Below, piece by piece: positions 8,765-17,174 of a stretch of 64,000 nucleotides of DNA. The stretch is taken from the IMG/VR virus record IMGVR_UViG_3300026442_000101. One strand, given 5' to 3'. Position 1 is the first letter of the stretch; each line of letters begins with the position of its first letter. The translations under genes were made by a program, and so were the position numbers. The DNA is from a virus (lineage: Duplodnaviria; Caudoviricetes). Under the pieces are notes generated by a model. The model was given only the letters and a program-made list of their open reading frames with translations. It ran no database searches and was not told the origin of the DNA.

Positions 8765-9664
8765 TTACATCTCAGCCAGACGATGGATAGCGTCTTCCAT
8801 CTCCATGTCGGGGTTCTCATCGAGAAGCTGGCGCATCTGATCCGTTACGGGAGTCTTGCTGATCGGAATCCGAATCACCTCACCGCCGGTGACGGTACGC
8901 TCGACAGGCGCAGTGAGTTGTTTGACTTCTTGCGGTGCGGAGGAGGTGTGCTCCGATTCCACTGCCTGTCGCCACTTGTTGCGGTTACGCTCCTTGAGAT
9001 CTTCGCAGCGTTTGGCGATGGACTCGTGATGTTCTTCCAGAGTCTTGTGCGTCTTCAGCTTGAAGCGGAACTTCTCCACTTCACGCGTCATGCACGGCTC
9101 GCAACGCCCGCACGCTGTAGCGCCCTTACGGGCATTGGTAGTCGGTAGTTCACAGACCCAGGTAGCAGCGTAGATCTCTGGTGGGAGATCGCGCATCATG
9201 GCGAACTTGGTAGTGTGTCGCAACGGGAACTTCAAGGGGACGACATCACCTTTCTTGGTGAAACGCCACATGGCATTCCACGCCTCGATCATCGAGTGCA
9301 TCTCTTGCAGCGTGTCATCGTCAGCGCAATAGCCGATGTTGACCGAGGTGTGGACATCGGGATCGACCATCTCGATTGCAGCTACCATCCAAGGTAGCGC
9401 TTGACGCCACTTGGCTTTAGGCGTCGCCGACAGATTGACCTTCGACAACACACGCCCGCCGCCATGCGGATACCAGCCTGGCCAATACTCTTTGATCAGG
9501 CTGATGATCTCCCCGCGGGAGTCCTCTTCGACGGAAGACTTATTGCGACCCTGGGCGCCGTCAGCGTAGATGTAGTCGACCTGAGTTCCTGCCTCTGCCA
9601 TTTCCCACATGAGGTAAGTGGAGTCCATCCCACCAGAGAAGAGGACGAGTGCACGCTTAGCCAT
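8765..9664 (-). CDS. QueC-like PP-loop ATPase (7-cyano-7-deazaguanine synthase family)
   Basis: LVLFSGGMDS PP-loop; C..CGRCEPC Zn motif. Confidence 0.75.
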   Translation of the reverse strand: MAKRALVLFSGGMDSTYLMWEMAEAGTQVDYIYADGAQGRNKSSVEEDSRGEIISLIKEYWPGWYPHGGGRVLSKVNLSATPKAKWRQALPWMVAAIEMVDPDVHTSVNIGYCADDDTLQEMHSMIEAWNAMWRFTKKGDVVPLKFPLRHTTKFAMMRDLPPEIYAATWVCELPTTNARKGATACGRCEPCMTREVEKFRFKLKTHKTLEEHHESIAKRCEDLKERNRNKWRQAVESEHTSSAPQEVKQLTAPVERTVTGGEVIRIPISKTPVTDQMRQLLDENPDMEMEDAIHRLAEM

Positions 9665-10074
9665 TACAGACCACCCTGACCGATGAATACTTCGAAGGAG
9701 TGAATGTCGCCTTCAGGCGTACGCTTCATGGTCTTGAGCCAGCCATTGAGAACGGTCAAGCCGCTCAGAGCGACGCTCTGCACCAGGGAGGCGTAAACGT
9801 CATCGCCTTCGAGCTTAATGACTGCATTGCTCAGGCCCACGCCGCTGCTTTCGAACACGCCAGGCATGCGCGGGTTAGCAGCTTCGAAATCAGGAGTCCA
9901 GCATTCCATACGGCATGCCTTGGTAGGGCAAGTCGCGTTACCGAGTTGATCAGTTGGCAGGAACAGTTTGATGTTAGGGTTCTTGAACGCACCTACGAAC
10001 TTCTTGCGGGGATCGATCAGGACGCGTTTCTTCTGGAAGTTTGCTTCGGTAACTTGTGGACGGTAGGACATCAT
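9664..10074 (-). CDS. hypothetical protein
   Basis: 136-aa ORF coupled to the queC-like gene. Confidence 0.7.
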   Translation of the reverse strand: MMSYRPQVTEANFQKKRVLIDPRKKFVGAFKNPNIKLFLPTDQLGNATCPTKACRMECWTPDFEAANPRMPGVFESSGVGLSNAVIKLEGDDVYASLVQSVALSGLTVLNGWLKTMKRTPEGDIHSFEVFIGQGGL

Positions 10075-10136
10075 GTCACTCCTAATTAGTTAGTGGCGGT
10101 GAGACTCTCACCGCCGGGGTTTTGTATTGCTGGGAA

Positions 10137-10709
10137 TTACTTGCTTTCGAAACGGACGTCGACGCCGTAGTAGTTGATGTGGAACGCCATGCCTTCCAGA
10201 CCGCGGTAGGCGCGGTTTCTGGTAACGGTGAGAGTGATCTCATCAGTTTCCGGCAAGAGGTCCACCCAAGCCAGCATCTTCTCGAGCTGACCATTGTCGG
10301 CATTCAGCGCCAGTAACTTGATGCCTTCGCGAACTTTGGCAACGCCGGAGTATTGATAACACTCCACCTCGGCTGTCGGATTCTCAACGACCGGTAGACG
10401 CCGAATGGCCGTGAGGTATTCCAGAGCTTTCGGTAGACTCCAGGCGTGAACCATGTGATCGCTCTTGGTGACATCATCGTCAGTGACGCTGCCGCGACGG
10501 GAAGTCTTCGACCAATCAATCGAGATGACGCGCTTCCGCCAGCCGATGCGGATCTGGCCCTCTTCAGTGCTGACGAGATACCACGGATACTGCTTACGCA
10601 TGTCGTCGTAGTTCGGATGGTCGGGCCAGTAATCGTTCTCGATCTTCTGGAACTCAGTGGGCTCGTAACCTGCGAGGTTGAACAGGGCCGCTACTTCTAC
10701 TACTTGCAT
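10137..10709 (-). CDS. hypothetical protein (start reassigned to MQVV)
   Basis: GGAG SD before ATG at 10709. Confidence 0.7.
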   Translation of the reverse strand: MQVVEVAALFNLAGYEPTEFQKIENDYWPDHPNYDDMRKQYPWYLVSTEEGQIRIGWRKRVISIDWSKTSRRGSVTDDDVTKSDHMVHAWSLPKALEYLTAIRRLPVVENPTAEVECYQYSGVAKVREGIKLLALNADNGQLEKMLAWVDLLPETDEITLTVTRNRAYRGLEGMAFHINYYGVDVRFESK

Positions 10710-10719
10710 GCAACTCTCC

Positions 10720-10974
10720 TTAGTGAATATAGATGGTGACTTCGAGCATTTTGTTGTGGGCAGCCTGGGCCTTATAGTTGATGGTGGTGCCTTCAACTTC
10801 TACATCTGCGAACTCGTTCTCTTCGCAAACGAGCTTCTCGTCGATTTCGATTTCGACATCTTCGTTGAAGTGGCCAGTCGCAACCAGATGGGCTTTGACG
10901 TCGATGGAACCTTCATGACCAACTGGGAAACTGATAGTCATGCTGGTTACTTTGAATGCTTGTTGCAGTGTCAT
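10720..10974 (-). CDS. hypothetical acidic protein
   Basis: 84-aa ORF with SD. Confidence 0.7.
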   Translation of the reverse strand: MTLQQAFKVTSMTISFPVGHEGSIDVKAHLVATGHFNEDVEIEIDEKLVCEENEFADVEVEGTTINYKAQAAHNKMLEVTIYIH

Positions 10975-10984
10975 GATGCTCTCC

Positions 10985-11335
10985 TTAGTGCAGGGTTGTC
11001 TTTTCTTCTGGGACGATGATCAGTTCGACCCGAATTGGATACATTCCAGCCTCACCTTCGCCGACCTTAAGGCCCAAGTCGTAGCGAGGTCCCATGTCGT
11101 CGAATGCTTGGTGGTACTTTCCTGAGAATAGGCCGAACTGTTTACCGAACTGTAGTTTGAACTCATCGCGCAGCACGCGCACGAATTGTTCTTCCTGCTC
11201 GCTGAACTGATCTGCCGTGCTCATTCCCAATGTGACGAGTGTATTGACAATCCTCGGAACCAGCTTCTCCGAGAATACCTTCAACTTCTCCTCATCAGGC
11301 ACGATCAGTTCAATCCGAAATGTCTCTTTAATCAT
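10985..11335 (-). CDS. hypothetical protein
   Basis: 116-aa ORF. Confidence 0.7.
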   Translation of the reverse strand: MIKETFRIELIVPDEEKLKVFSEKLVPRIVNTLVTLGMSTADQFSEQEEQFVRVLRDEFKLQFGKQFGLFSGKYHQAFDDMGPRYDLGLKVGEGEAGMYPIRVELIIVPEEKTTLH

Positions 11336-11386
11336 CCTAAATCCTTATTCAGGTGCGGCATAAAGGCGGGATTACTCCCGCCCAAT

Positions 11387-11923
11387 TTACCAGGTCAGCA
11401 TCTTGGACTCAGTGGATAGACCCACCTTAGTCCCAGACTTACTCAAAATTCTTGCGAGGTTCTTCTCACGCTGCTCATCAGTAAATGCGGTGTTCGAATC
11501 CCACGCCCATTGCAGCAGGCCTTGTCTCTGCACAGGCCGGCAGTTCTTATCGGCCAGCGTACAGTTAGCTTTGATCTGCCCCATGTGCCTGGCTACAAAG
11601 CTATTCCATCGACCGATCTGCCAATCGTCTTCCTTACCTAGGCGACGACCCATGAAGTAATGGCAGTACCATTCGAACCAACCAGACTTATCGGTCTTGA
11701 TCCAACCGTTAGCGCGCCAGACAGAAAGAGGTTGTCTGGATTTGACGCCGTAGAAGTTCAGGCTTATGTCCGGACTATCTTTGGGACCTAATACTCTCGG
11801 ATATTTCTTCCAAGCCTCAGGTACCCCTTTGACGCTATTGATGTATTTGCCTTCGAAGACGCCCTTCTCGAGCATCTCTTGCGGCGTAAAACTTGGTGTA
11901 AACTTAGGGTTCCATGACGCCAT
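11387..11923 (-). CDS. conserved hypothetical protein (FTPxxTPxEML / GWFEWYC / QRQxLLQWA family)
   Basis: Recognisable motif set shared by phage and cellular uncharacterised proteins. Confidence 0.8.
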   Translation of the reverse strand: MASWNPKFTPSFTPQEMLEKGVFEGKYINSVKGVPEAWKKYPRVLGPKDSPDISLNFYGVKSRQPLSVWRANGWIKTDKSGWFEWYCHYFMGRRLGKEDDWQIGRWNSFVARHMGQIKANCTLADKNCRPVQRQGLLQWAWDSNTAFTDEQREKNLARILSKSGTKVGLSTESKMLTW

Positions 11924-12257
11924 GACGAGAGTCCTTTGAATTAGGTTTCATGTTATTGGCGGCATAGAGGTAGAAACGTGCCACCTCCTATTCTGAAACC
12001 CGCTCTGGCGGTCCCACTATCCTTGATCAAGGAATAGCGGCGATCCCAGTTACGCCTTCATATTTAGGAGGTGACGGTGCTTCTATACTCGACGGTCTGT
12101 GAGCGCAAGCCAGAGTGTTGCTTCATCTCCCGCTACCCAACAGATTGTCGCCGTGGTATCGCGGCATCACACAGACGCCTAATTTGAGCGGTCATCCCGT
12201 CTCTTGGTTGACTATCTACGCTTATCAGTGGGGTGGGTGATTAAAGTCCCAAAGGCG

Positions 12258-12521
12258 TCAGGGAGTCTGGGCCATGCCAAACCGAGTCCAGATCTCGGCG
12301 GCGTGACTGTGGGTGCCAAGGAATCGCCCCGATGATTGCCACGACCACGAACATCCGCCGATCATGCGGAGAACGTATTCGAGGTAATCGTCATCTTCCT
12401 CCCCGTCAGTGCAGCAATCCTCTTCCTCGTAGGTGGGTATCTGGAGGTAGCGGTTGAAGCGTTTGACGGAGAGTTCGAGGAGCCGGAATGCGAGACCTAA
12501 GGCGCTGAAGGATCCGAACAT
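12258..12521 (-). CDS. hypothetical acidic protein
   Basis: 87-aa ORF with EEEDCCTDGEEDDD tract. Confidence 0.5.
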   Translation of the reverse strand: MFGSFSALGLAFRLLELSVKRFNRYLQIPTYEEEDCCTDGEEDDDYLEYVLRMIGGCSWSWQSSGRFLGTHSHAAEIWTRFGMAQTP

Positions 12522-12585
12522 CCAAACCCTTAATGCGGCGGCAGTGCTTTACATATAAGGCAATGTGCCAGTAAAAAGTTACGGA

Positions 12586-13023
12586 CTACCCTACCTTAGT
12601 TCCCCAACCGATGTTGTTGATCACATGTCGGGAAGATGCTTCCGGCTCTGTGTTATCCAACCACCACCATTTGGTGTCGCCTGTCGCGATATGTACGACA
12701 ACCGCAGCTTCGTACCACCGACCGCCCGCTTCGAAGCGCTTCCTGCCGTAGCAGAACTCGCCATCGCTTTTGAGAGGGATCTTCACATTAGGGTGGATTA
12801 CCGAGTTATCCCCAACCTTCATGCCTTTCGGTACGATCGCTGAGATCCCGGCGACGTAGCCGAATTGGGAAGCCAGTTGTCGATGCGCACCCAGCATCCG
12901 CCCTAATGCGGCGTCAAACATATTCTGCTTGTCTTCCCAGCTCGTTAATGCTGGCGGAGGTGGTGGGGTCACCTCGAATGTCGCCGAGGGGTAATAAGGA
13001 CCACCACCATCGTCACTAAACAT
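12586..13023 (-). CDS. hypothetical protein
   Basis: 145-aa ORF, Pro tract; ATGA overlap with upstream gene. Confidence 0.7.
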   Translation of the reverse strand: MFSDDGGGPYYPSATFEVTPPPPPALTSWEDKQNMFDAALGRMLGAHRQLASQFGYVAGISAIVPKGMKVGDNSVIHPNVKIPLKSDGEFCYGRKRFEAGGRWYEAAVVVHIATGDTKWWWLDNTEPEASSRHVINNIGWGTKVG

Positions 13024-13139
13024 CAGCAGCTCCTTAACCAGGCAAAGCCTACGATGACTGCGACGATGCCAAAGGCGATCAATGCGCCCTTGGCTTCAGT
13101 CCAGTCGATACAGTTACAAGTCTTCCCACACCGACACAT
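13023..13139 (-). CDS. 38-aa Cys-rich membrane microprotein (not in ORF track)
   Basis: MCRCGKTCNCIDWTEAKGALIAFGIVAVIVGFAWLRSC; stop/start overlaps at both ends. Confidence 0.65.
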   Translation of the reverse strand: MCRCGKTCNCIDWTEAKGALIAFGIVAVIVGFAWLRSC

Positions 13140-13519
13140 CAGGCCATATTCCTGATCGTCTTCCATTCATCCACGGTGAACGTCAGAGAGATCTTAACGT
13201 TATCGCCGCGCTTGTACTGACCAGGGTGAAGCTGGTGCATGTTCTGACTCAGCCACTGTGACATCAGCATCCTGGTGATGCGTTCATGTCGAGTGCGGGA
13301 CATGGCTTCGAGCTTGTCGCTGAAGCGTTGGATGCACTTGCCGATCGGGAACGCAATGGCGGCGCTGTAGACAGCGATATAGAACATGGCCGTGGCCGGG
13401 AACTCTGGGATCGCGAGCATGATGGTGTCATTGATCACACCCATGGCGAACAACATCGCACCCAGAAGAACAAACACTAGAACGCCGATGCTGAATTTGT
13501 AGCGGAATGGAATGATCAT
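13139..13519 (-). CDS. membrane protein (2 TM)
   Basis: Hydrophobic N-terminal half. Confidence 0.75.
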   Translation of the reverse strand: MIIPFRYKFSIGVLVFVLLGAMLFAMGVINDTIMLAIPEFPATAMFYIAVYSAAIAFPIGKCIQRFSDKLEAMSRTRHERITRMLMSQWLSQNMHQLHPGQYKRGDNVKISLTFTVDEWKTIRNMA

Positions 13520-13520
13520 G

Positions 13521-13736
13521 TTAGTCCCTTAATAGATCGAAGACGACGTAGAAGAATTTGCAGACGCACCAGATGATGCCGCAGAAGAGGTAGATCGGCC
13601 AGAGTACGGCGCACCCGAACGGAATCCAGGCTTCCGCATAGCGGGGATCCTTCAGGAGGTTTCCCCACATGACGGTGATTACGCCGCCGACTAGGTAAAT
13701 GAGGAGCCAGAGCTCCCCATAGGTCAGAGTGATCAA
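13521..13736 (-). CDS. small membrane protein
   Basis: Two TM segments; overlaps upstream gene stop. Confidence 0.7.
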   Translation of the reverse strand: MITLTYGELWLLIYLVGGVITVMWGNLLKDPRYAEAWIPFGCAVLWPIYLFCGIIWCVCKFFYVVFDLLRD

Positions 13737-14050
13737 CGAAGACCCTCCAACAGATGTAGAGGCGCCAACTCCTCAAGCGGATGGCTGGAGTATTGGAGGA
13801 TGCGTTTCTCGAAGTTAGGGTCAGTGCCCTCGATCCACGCATAGCCTTCGAAGGTCTTCACCTCGATGGCCCAGTCAGCGGGGCCGTAATTGCTGCCCAT
13901 GATGACGCGGAACGGCGTATCGCCCAGAGCAGCGGCGGTCACGGTACGGACCTCAGCCTCAAGGAGATTGTACGCTTGGCGCAGCTGGTAACCCAGCGCA
14001 CGCTTGGTGAGCTTGCGGTTACCGCCGAAGTAGTGCTTAAGCTTGCGCAC
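13733..14050 (-). CDS. hypothetical protein
   Basis: 105-aa ORF in operon. Confidence 0.7.
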   Translation of the reverse strand: MRKLKHYFGGNRKLTKRALGYQLRQAYNLLEAEVRTVTAAALGDTPFRVIMGSNYGPADWAIEVKTFEGYAWIEGTDPNFEKRILQYSSHPLEELAPLHLLEGLR

Positions 14051-14723
14051 GGATAGGCTCCAAGGTAGCGAGGTCGTAGAAGGTGAAGTAACCCTTCTTC
14101 CAACCCTCGGTGTCGATGTGGTGGATGTTCGCTACGATCAGCGGCTCTGCTACTTTGCAGTGACCGACCACCAAGGCGCGGATATCGCGCACTGGGCGCT
14201 CATCACGGATCTGGTAGCGGTTGCGAGAACCCTGCACGGCGTTACGCACAAGCCATGCGATGCGGTGATCCTTCGAGTGGAGGTACTCCTTGAAGGTTTC
14301 CCAGGTATCGAACATCACGTCAGCGTGGACGATGCAGACCAGACCTTCTTCAGTCTCGATCTCCATCCCGATGGGCAGCTTGCCGAACGCGGCAGCCCAT
14401 TCATCTTTGTGCTCTTCTTTGAAGTTCTGGAACCACGAACCACCTTCAGAGACCCACTTGTCTACAGGGCGTTGACGCCAGTCGACGACGTACTGATCAT
14501 GGTTGCCGCGTACAGCGAAGAACCATGGCTGAGACAACCACCAGAGCGATTGGCTGCTCTGGGGTCCACGGTCTACCAGGTCGCCGACGCTGAACAGACG
14601 ATCGTACTGCTTATCGAAGCCGATCTCTTCGAGTCCCCGCTCGACACGGTCCCAGCAACCGTGGATATCGCCGATCGCAATATCGCGACCAAACTTATTT
14701 CTACCGAAGTGACGAATCAACAT
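14037..14723 (-). CDS. metallophosphoesterase / Ser-Thr protein phosphatase (PphA/NinI-like)
   Basis: GDIHG, GDLVDRG, RGNHD, VGH motifs. Confidence 0.9.
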   Translation of the reverse strand: MLIRHFGRNKFGRDIAIGDIHGCWDRVERGLEEIGFDKQYDRLFSVGDLVDRGPQSSQSLWWLSQPWFFAVRGNHDQYVVDWRQRPVDKWVSEGGSWFQNFKEEHKDEWAAAFGKLPIGMEIETEEGLVCIVHADVMFDTWETFKEYLHSKDHRIAWLVRNAVQGSRNRYQIRDERPVRDIRALVVGHCKVAEPLIVANIHHIDTEGWKKGYFTFYDLATLEPIRAQA

Positions 14724-14735
14724 CCGTATCCCCTA

Positions 14736-15311
14736 TTAGAAGTAGTAGTTCGACTTACCGATGCGTTTGTTGAATTTCCCTGCGACACCACGTTCTACCT
14801 CGATGCTTTGACGAGTGCCTGAGAAGCCCCTGGTCTTGAACAGGACGACTTCGCATGCAACTCGCTCTATGTTAAGGAAGTTCATCAGAGCGTGAGCGGC
14901 GGCTGCCACCATCTCATGCTCGTTTGCAATTATCCACGCCCTGTCCTCGACGACGTCCTTGCGGTAGTGTTCGACGGGATGCTTGTTACCATCCTGTTCT
15001 CGCATTACCTTAGGGTCCCGCAGCTGTATGTCCAGAGGGATAGCTTCGCCCTCATAGATCACAAAGCCAGGTCGCCCCATCTTCGAGATCTCGGTCGAGC
15101 ATTCATACAGATCGAGCAGGCCGTCGGCAAGGAAATAGACCATCTCTTTACGGCCAGGGGCGTCGATGACTTTATTGACCATCGCTTCCTGGACAGAGCG
15201 GGTGCAGCGTTTGGATAACTTGATGAGTTTCTTCTTCTGTTCCTTCTTATCTTTTACGTATTCGACTATCAGCGCCATGCGCAGTAACGCGTCGAGTGGA
15301 TCGTAAGCCAT
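14736..15311 (-). CDS. hypothetical protein (start reassigned to MAYD)
   Basis: ATG at 15311; promoter motif overlaps the longer start. Confidence 0.7.
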   Translation of the reverse strand: MAYDPLDALLRMALIVEYVKDKKEQKKKLIKLSKRCTRSVQEAMVNKVIDAPGRKEMVYFLADGLLDLYECSTEISKMGRPGFVIYEGEAIPLDIQLRDPKVMREQDGNKHPVEHYRKDVVEDRAWIIANEHEMVAAAAHALMNFLNIERVACEVVLFKTRGFSGTRQSIEVERGVAGKFNKRIGKSNYYF

Positions 15312-15342
15312 GACACGAATTCCTAAGTTGACATCTATTCTA

Positions 15343-15352
15343 TAATGTGTCA
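15343..15352 (-). promoter_or_regulatory. putative phage promoter motif CACATTA
   Basis: TGACACATTA on minus strand at operon head. Confidence 0.55.
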
Positions 15353-15360
15353 CTGTAACA

Positions 15361-15410
15361 AAATAAAAGAGATCAAAATGCCGGGGCGATTAAGCCCCGG
15401 CATCTATGCT
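15361..15410 (-). terminator. hairpin terminator
   Basis: ATGCCGGGGC-GATTAA-GCCCCGGCAT with adjacent A-rich tract. Confidence 0.7.
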
Positions 15411-15411
15411 G

Positions 15412-15507
15412 TTAGCCCTTGTCGTTATTACCGTATTTATCGTACAGGGCTTTGAGTCCGTAAAGACCCAGTCCAATGATTACAACCCAGCCTACAAATG
15501 TAGCCAT
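15412..15507 (-). CDS. 31-aa membrane microprotein (not in ORF track)
   Basis: MATFVGWVVIIGLGLYGLKALYDKYGNNDKG; AGGAG SD. Confidence 0.6.
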   Translation of the reverse strand: MATFVGWVVIIGLGLYGLKALYDKYGNNDKG

Positions 15508-15516
15508 GGTGTACTC

Positions 15517-15855
15517 CTATTCCAAACTGCTGATGTCGATAGCGTGAGCCTGGGCGATACCCACTGCTGGGACCTCCGAGGCTGCCCGCTGATAGGTACT
15601 GATGATTTCACCCGCGGTTTCAGCACCGAGGATGTGGAGCATGAACGAGTAGATCGAGATATCGATCCAAGCGTTCTCGCTGTCATGCTTGCTGATCAGT
15701 TCAGCAATCTCGCCCATCAGGTAGCGCGCAAGCACTTCCTGGTTAGCTTCATCACGAAACAGATCCAGCGGAACCTTCTGCTTCTCAGTGAGGTATTTGA
15801 AACGTTCCAGCAACTCACCGCTGAACTTCGCAGAGAGGAATTCGAGAATATCCAC
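15517..15855 (-). CDS. hypothetical protein
   Basis: 112-aa ORF with SD. Confidence 0.75.
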   Translation of the reverse strand: MDILEFLSAKFSGELLERFKYLTEKQKVPLDLFRDEANQEVLARYLMGEIAELISKHDSENAWIDISIYSFMLHILGAETAGEIISTYQRAASEVPAVGIAQAHAIDISSLE

Positions 15856-15864
15856 GAGGACTCC

Positions 15865-16068
15865 TTAGAAGAAGCCGAGGTCTATGCCGCCGGCCTTGAT
15901 GTTGATTATTGGACTGCCGTTAAAATAGGTGAGGATCATCTCCACATCTGGCGTGGCGATAATGATCGATTCGGCGTCCGTGAACTGATCAGGGGTGATC
16001 GCCTGTTCCTCGAGCAACTCGAGGAGACGATCATTGATCTGCTTAGCCCCACGAATTACTTCAGACAT
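15865..16068 (-). CDS. hypothetical protein
   Basis: 67-aa ORF with GAGG SD. Confidence 0.7.
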   Translation of the reverse strand: MSEVIRGAKQINDRLLELLEEQAITPDQFTDAESIIIATPDVEMILTYFNGSPIINIKAGGIDLGFF

Positions 16069-16080
16069 AGCGATTACCTC

Positions 16081-16614
16081 CTACTTACAGAATTCGCGAT
16101 CGGTGAATACCGTTCGCTTATTACCGACCATGATTACATACTGATCGGCGTGTTCGATAGGGAGATTACCGAACTCTCCCTTACTTGCATTCTTCCACCA
16201 CCATGACCCATCTTTCATCAGACCGATGACTTCGGTATCATCGCCTGTGAGTTTGATAGTGGTCTTCTCGGTAGTCTCCAGCTTGTTCATGTGACGGTAC
16301 GCGCCGTAGAAGTCGATGAAGGGCTGACCGAATGTTCTGGTGCCGTTGACGGTGGCGTCATTCTTGGTAATCTTGCAGTCCACTGGGTACGACAGATAAC
16401 CAGTCTTCTTGGTATCCCAGCCGATCCAGCCGATAGCGCCAATCATGATGATCCCAGCAATGGTGACCATCAGGTAGACACGCAACATGAAGAGTCTGGC
16501 GTTCTGTAGAACATCGCGATGCTTCTGCACCATCTTGTCGCGTGAGGCGATTCCCGCATCGAGTACGACTACGTGGGAATCTTCGTTATTGCTTGGGAGG
16601 GCTTCTGTGGACAT
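16081..16614 (-). CDS. membrane-anchored hypothetical protein
   Basis: Single TM then periplasmic-type domain. Confidence 0.75.
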   Translation of the reverse strand: MSTEALPSNNEDSHVVVLDAGIASRDKMVQKHRDVLQNARLFMLRVYLMVTIAGIIMIGAIGWIGWDTKKTGYLSYPVDCKITKNDATVNGTRTFGQPFIDFYGAYRHMNKLETTEKTTIKLTGDDTEVIGLMKDGSWWWKNASKGEFGNLPIEHADQYVIMVGNKRTVFTDREFCK

Positions 16615-16618
16615 CGTG

Positions 16619-17119
16619 TCACTCCTGGGTGATTCGTAAGCTATCGCTTACCGGTTGGGCTGGTAGACGTCCTTCGCTGAAGACGCAGGTCATCAAGTCA
16701 GGTACTTGCTCAAAGATACCCGGCAGGTATTTATTGAAACTGACGCAGTGGAGCAGGCGGAGCTTCTCATAAGCAGCTTTCGCCCTAGGCGGCTGACACA
16801 GTTTGAACTCGGTGACCGCTTTGTCTAATTCACAGATATCTATCCATCCCCTGGTAAACATCTTATCGACGTTTTGAACCAAGTTAGTCAGGCGCTGGAC
16901 TTCCCAAACGTCATTATGGTCGTTCGGTTCCGGGAAGACAATCTGGTCGGTAATGCGCGCACGGCCGATTGTCCTTACCCGCCGATGCTGACCCGGTTCA
17001 GGTGCTGCGATACGGCCCATGGCCTGTAACGCTTGGAAGACATCGGCCACGGTTGTATCTTTATCTAGGGGCGGTTCTTTCTTTGCCCAGTTGATTTCGA
17101 TGAGTCCGAAGAGCTTCAC
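16619..17119 (-). CDS. hypothetical protein
   Basis: 166-aa ORF with GGAG SD. Confidence 0.75.
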   Translation of the reverse strand: MKLFGLIEINWAKKEPPLDKDTTVADVFQALQAMGRIAAPEPGQHRRVRTIGRARITDQIVFPEPNDHNDVWEVQRLTNLVQNVDKMFTRGWIDICELDKAVTEFKLCQPPRAKAAYEKLRLLHCVSFNKYLPGIFEQVPDLMTCVFSEGRLPAQPVSDSLRITQE

Positions 17120-17138
17120 GGTAATCTCCTGTTTGCGG

Positions 17139-17168
17139 AATAAAGGCCGGGTGGTTTCCCACCCGGCT
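17139..17168 (-). terminator. hairpin terminator
   Basis: GCCGGGTGG-TTTC-CCACCCGGC. Confidence 0.7.
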
Positions 17169-17174
17169 CAGGCA

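Noticed and set aside
12066-12187. 36-aa plus-strand ORF after AGGAGG
   Set aside because: Opposite to all neighbours, atypical composition; the SD-like string may just be part of an RNA helix.
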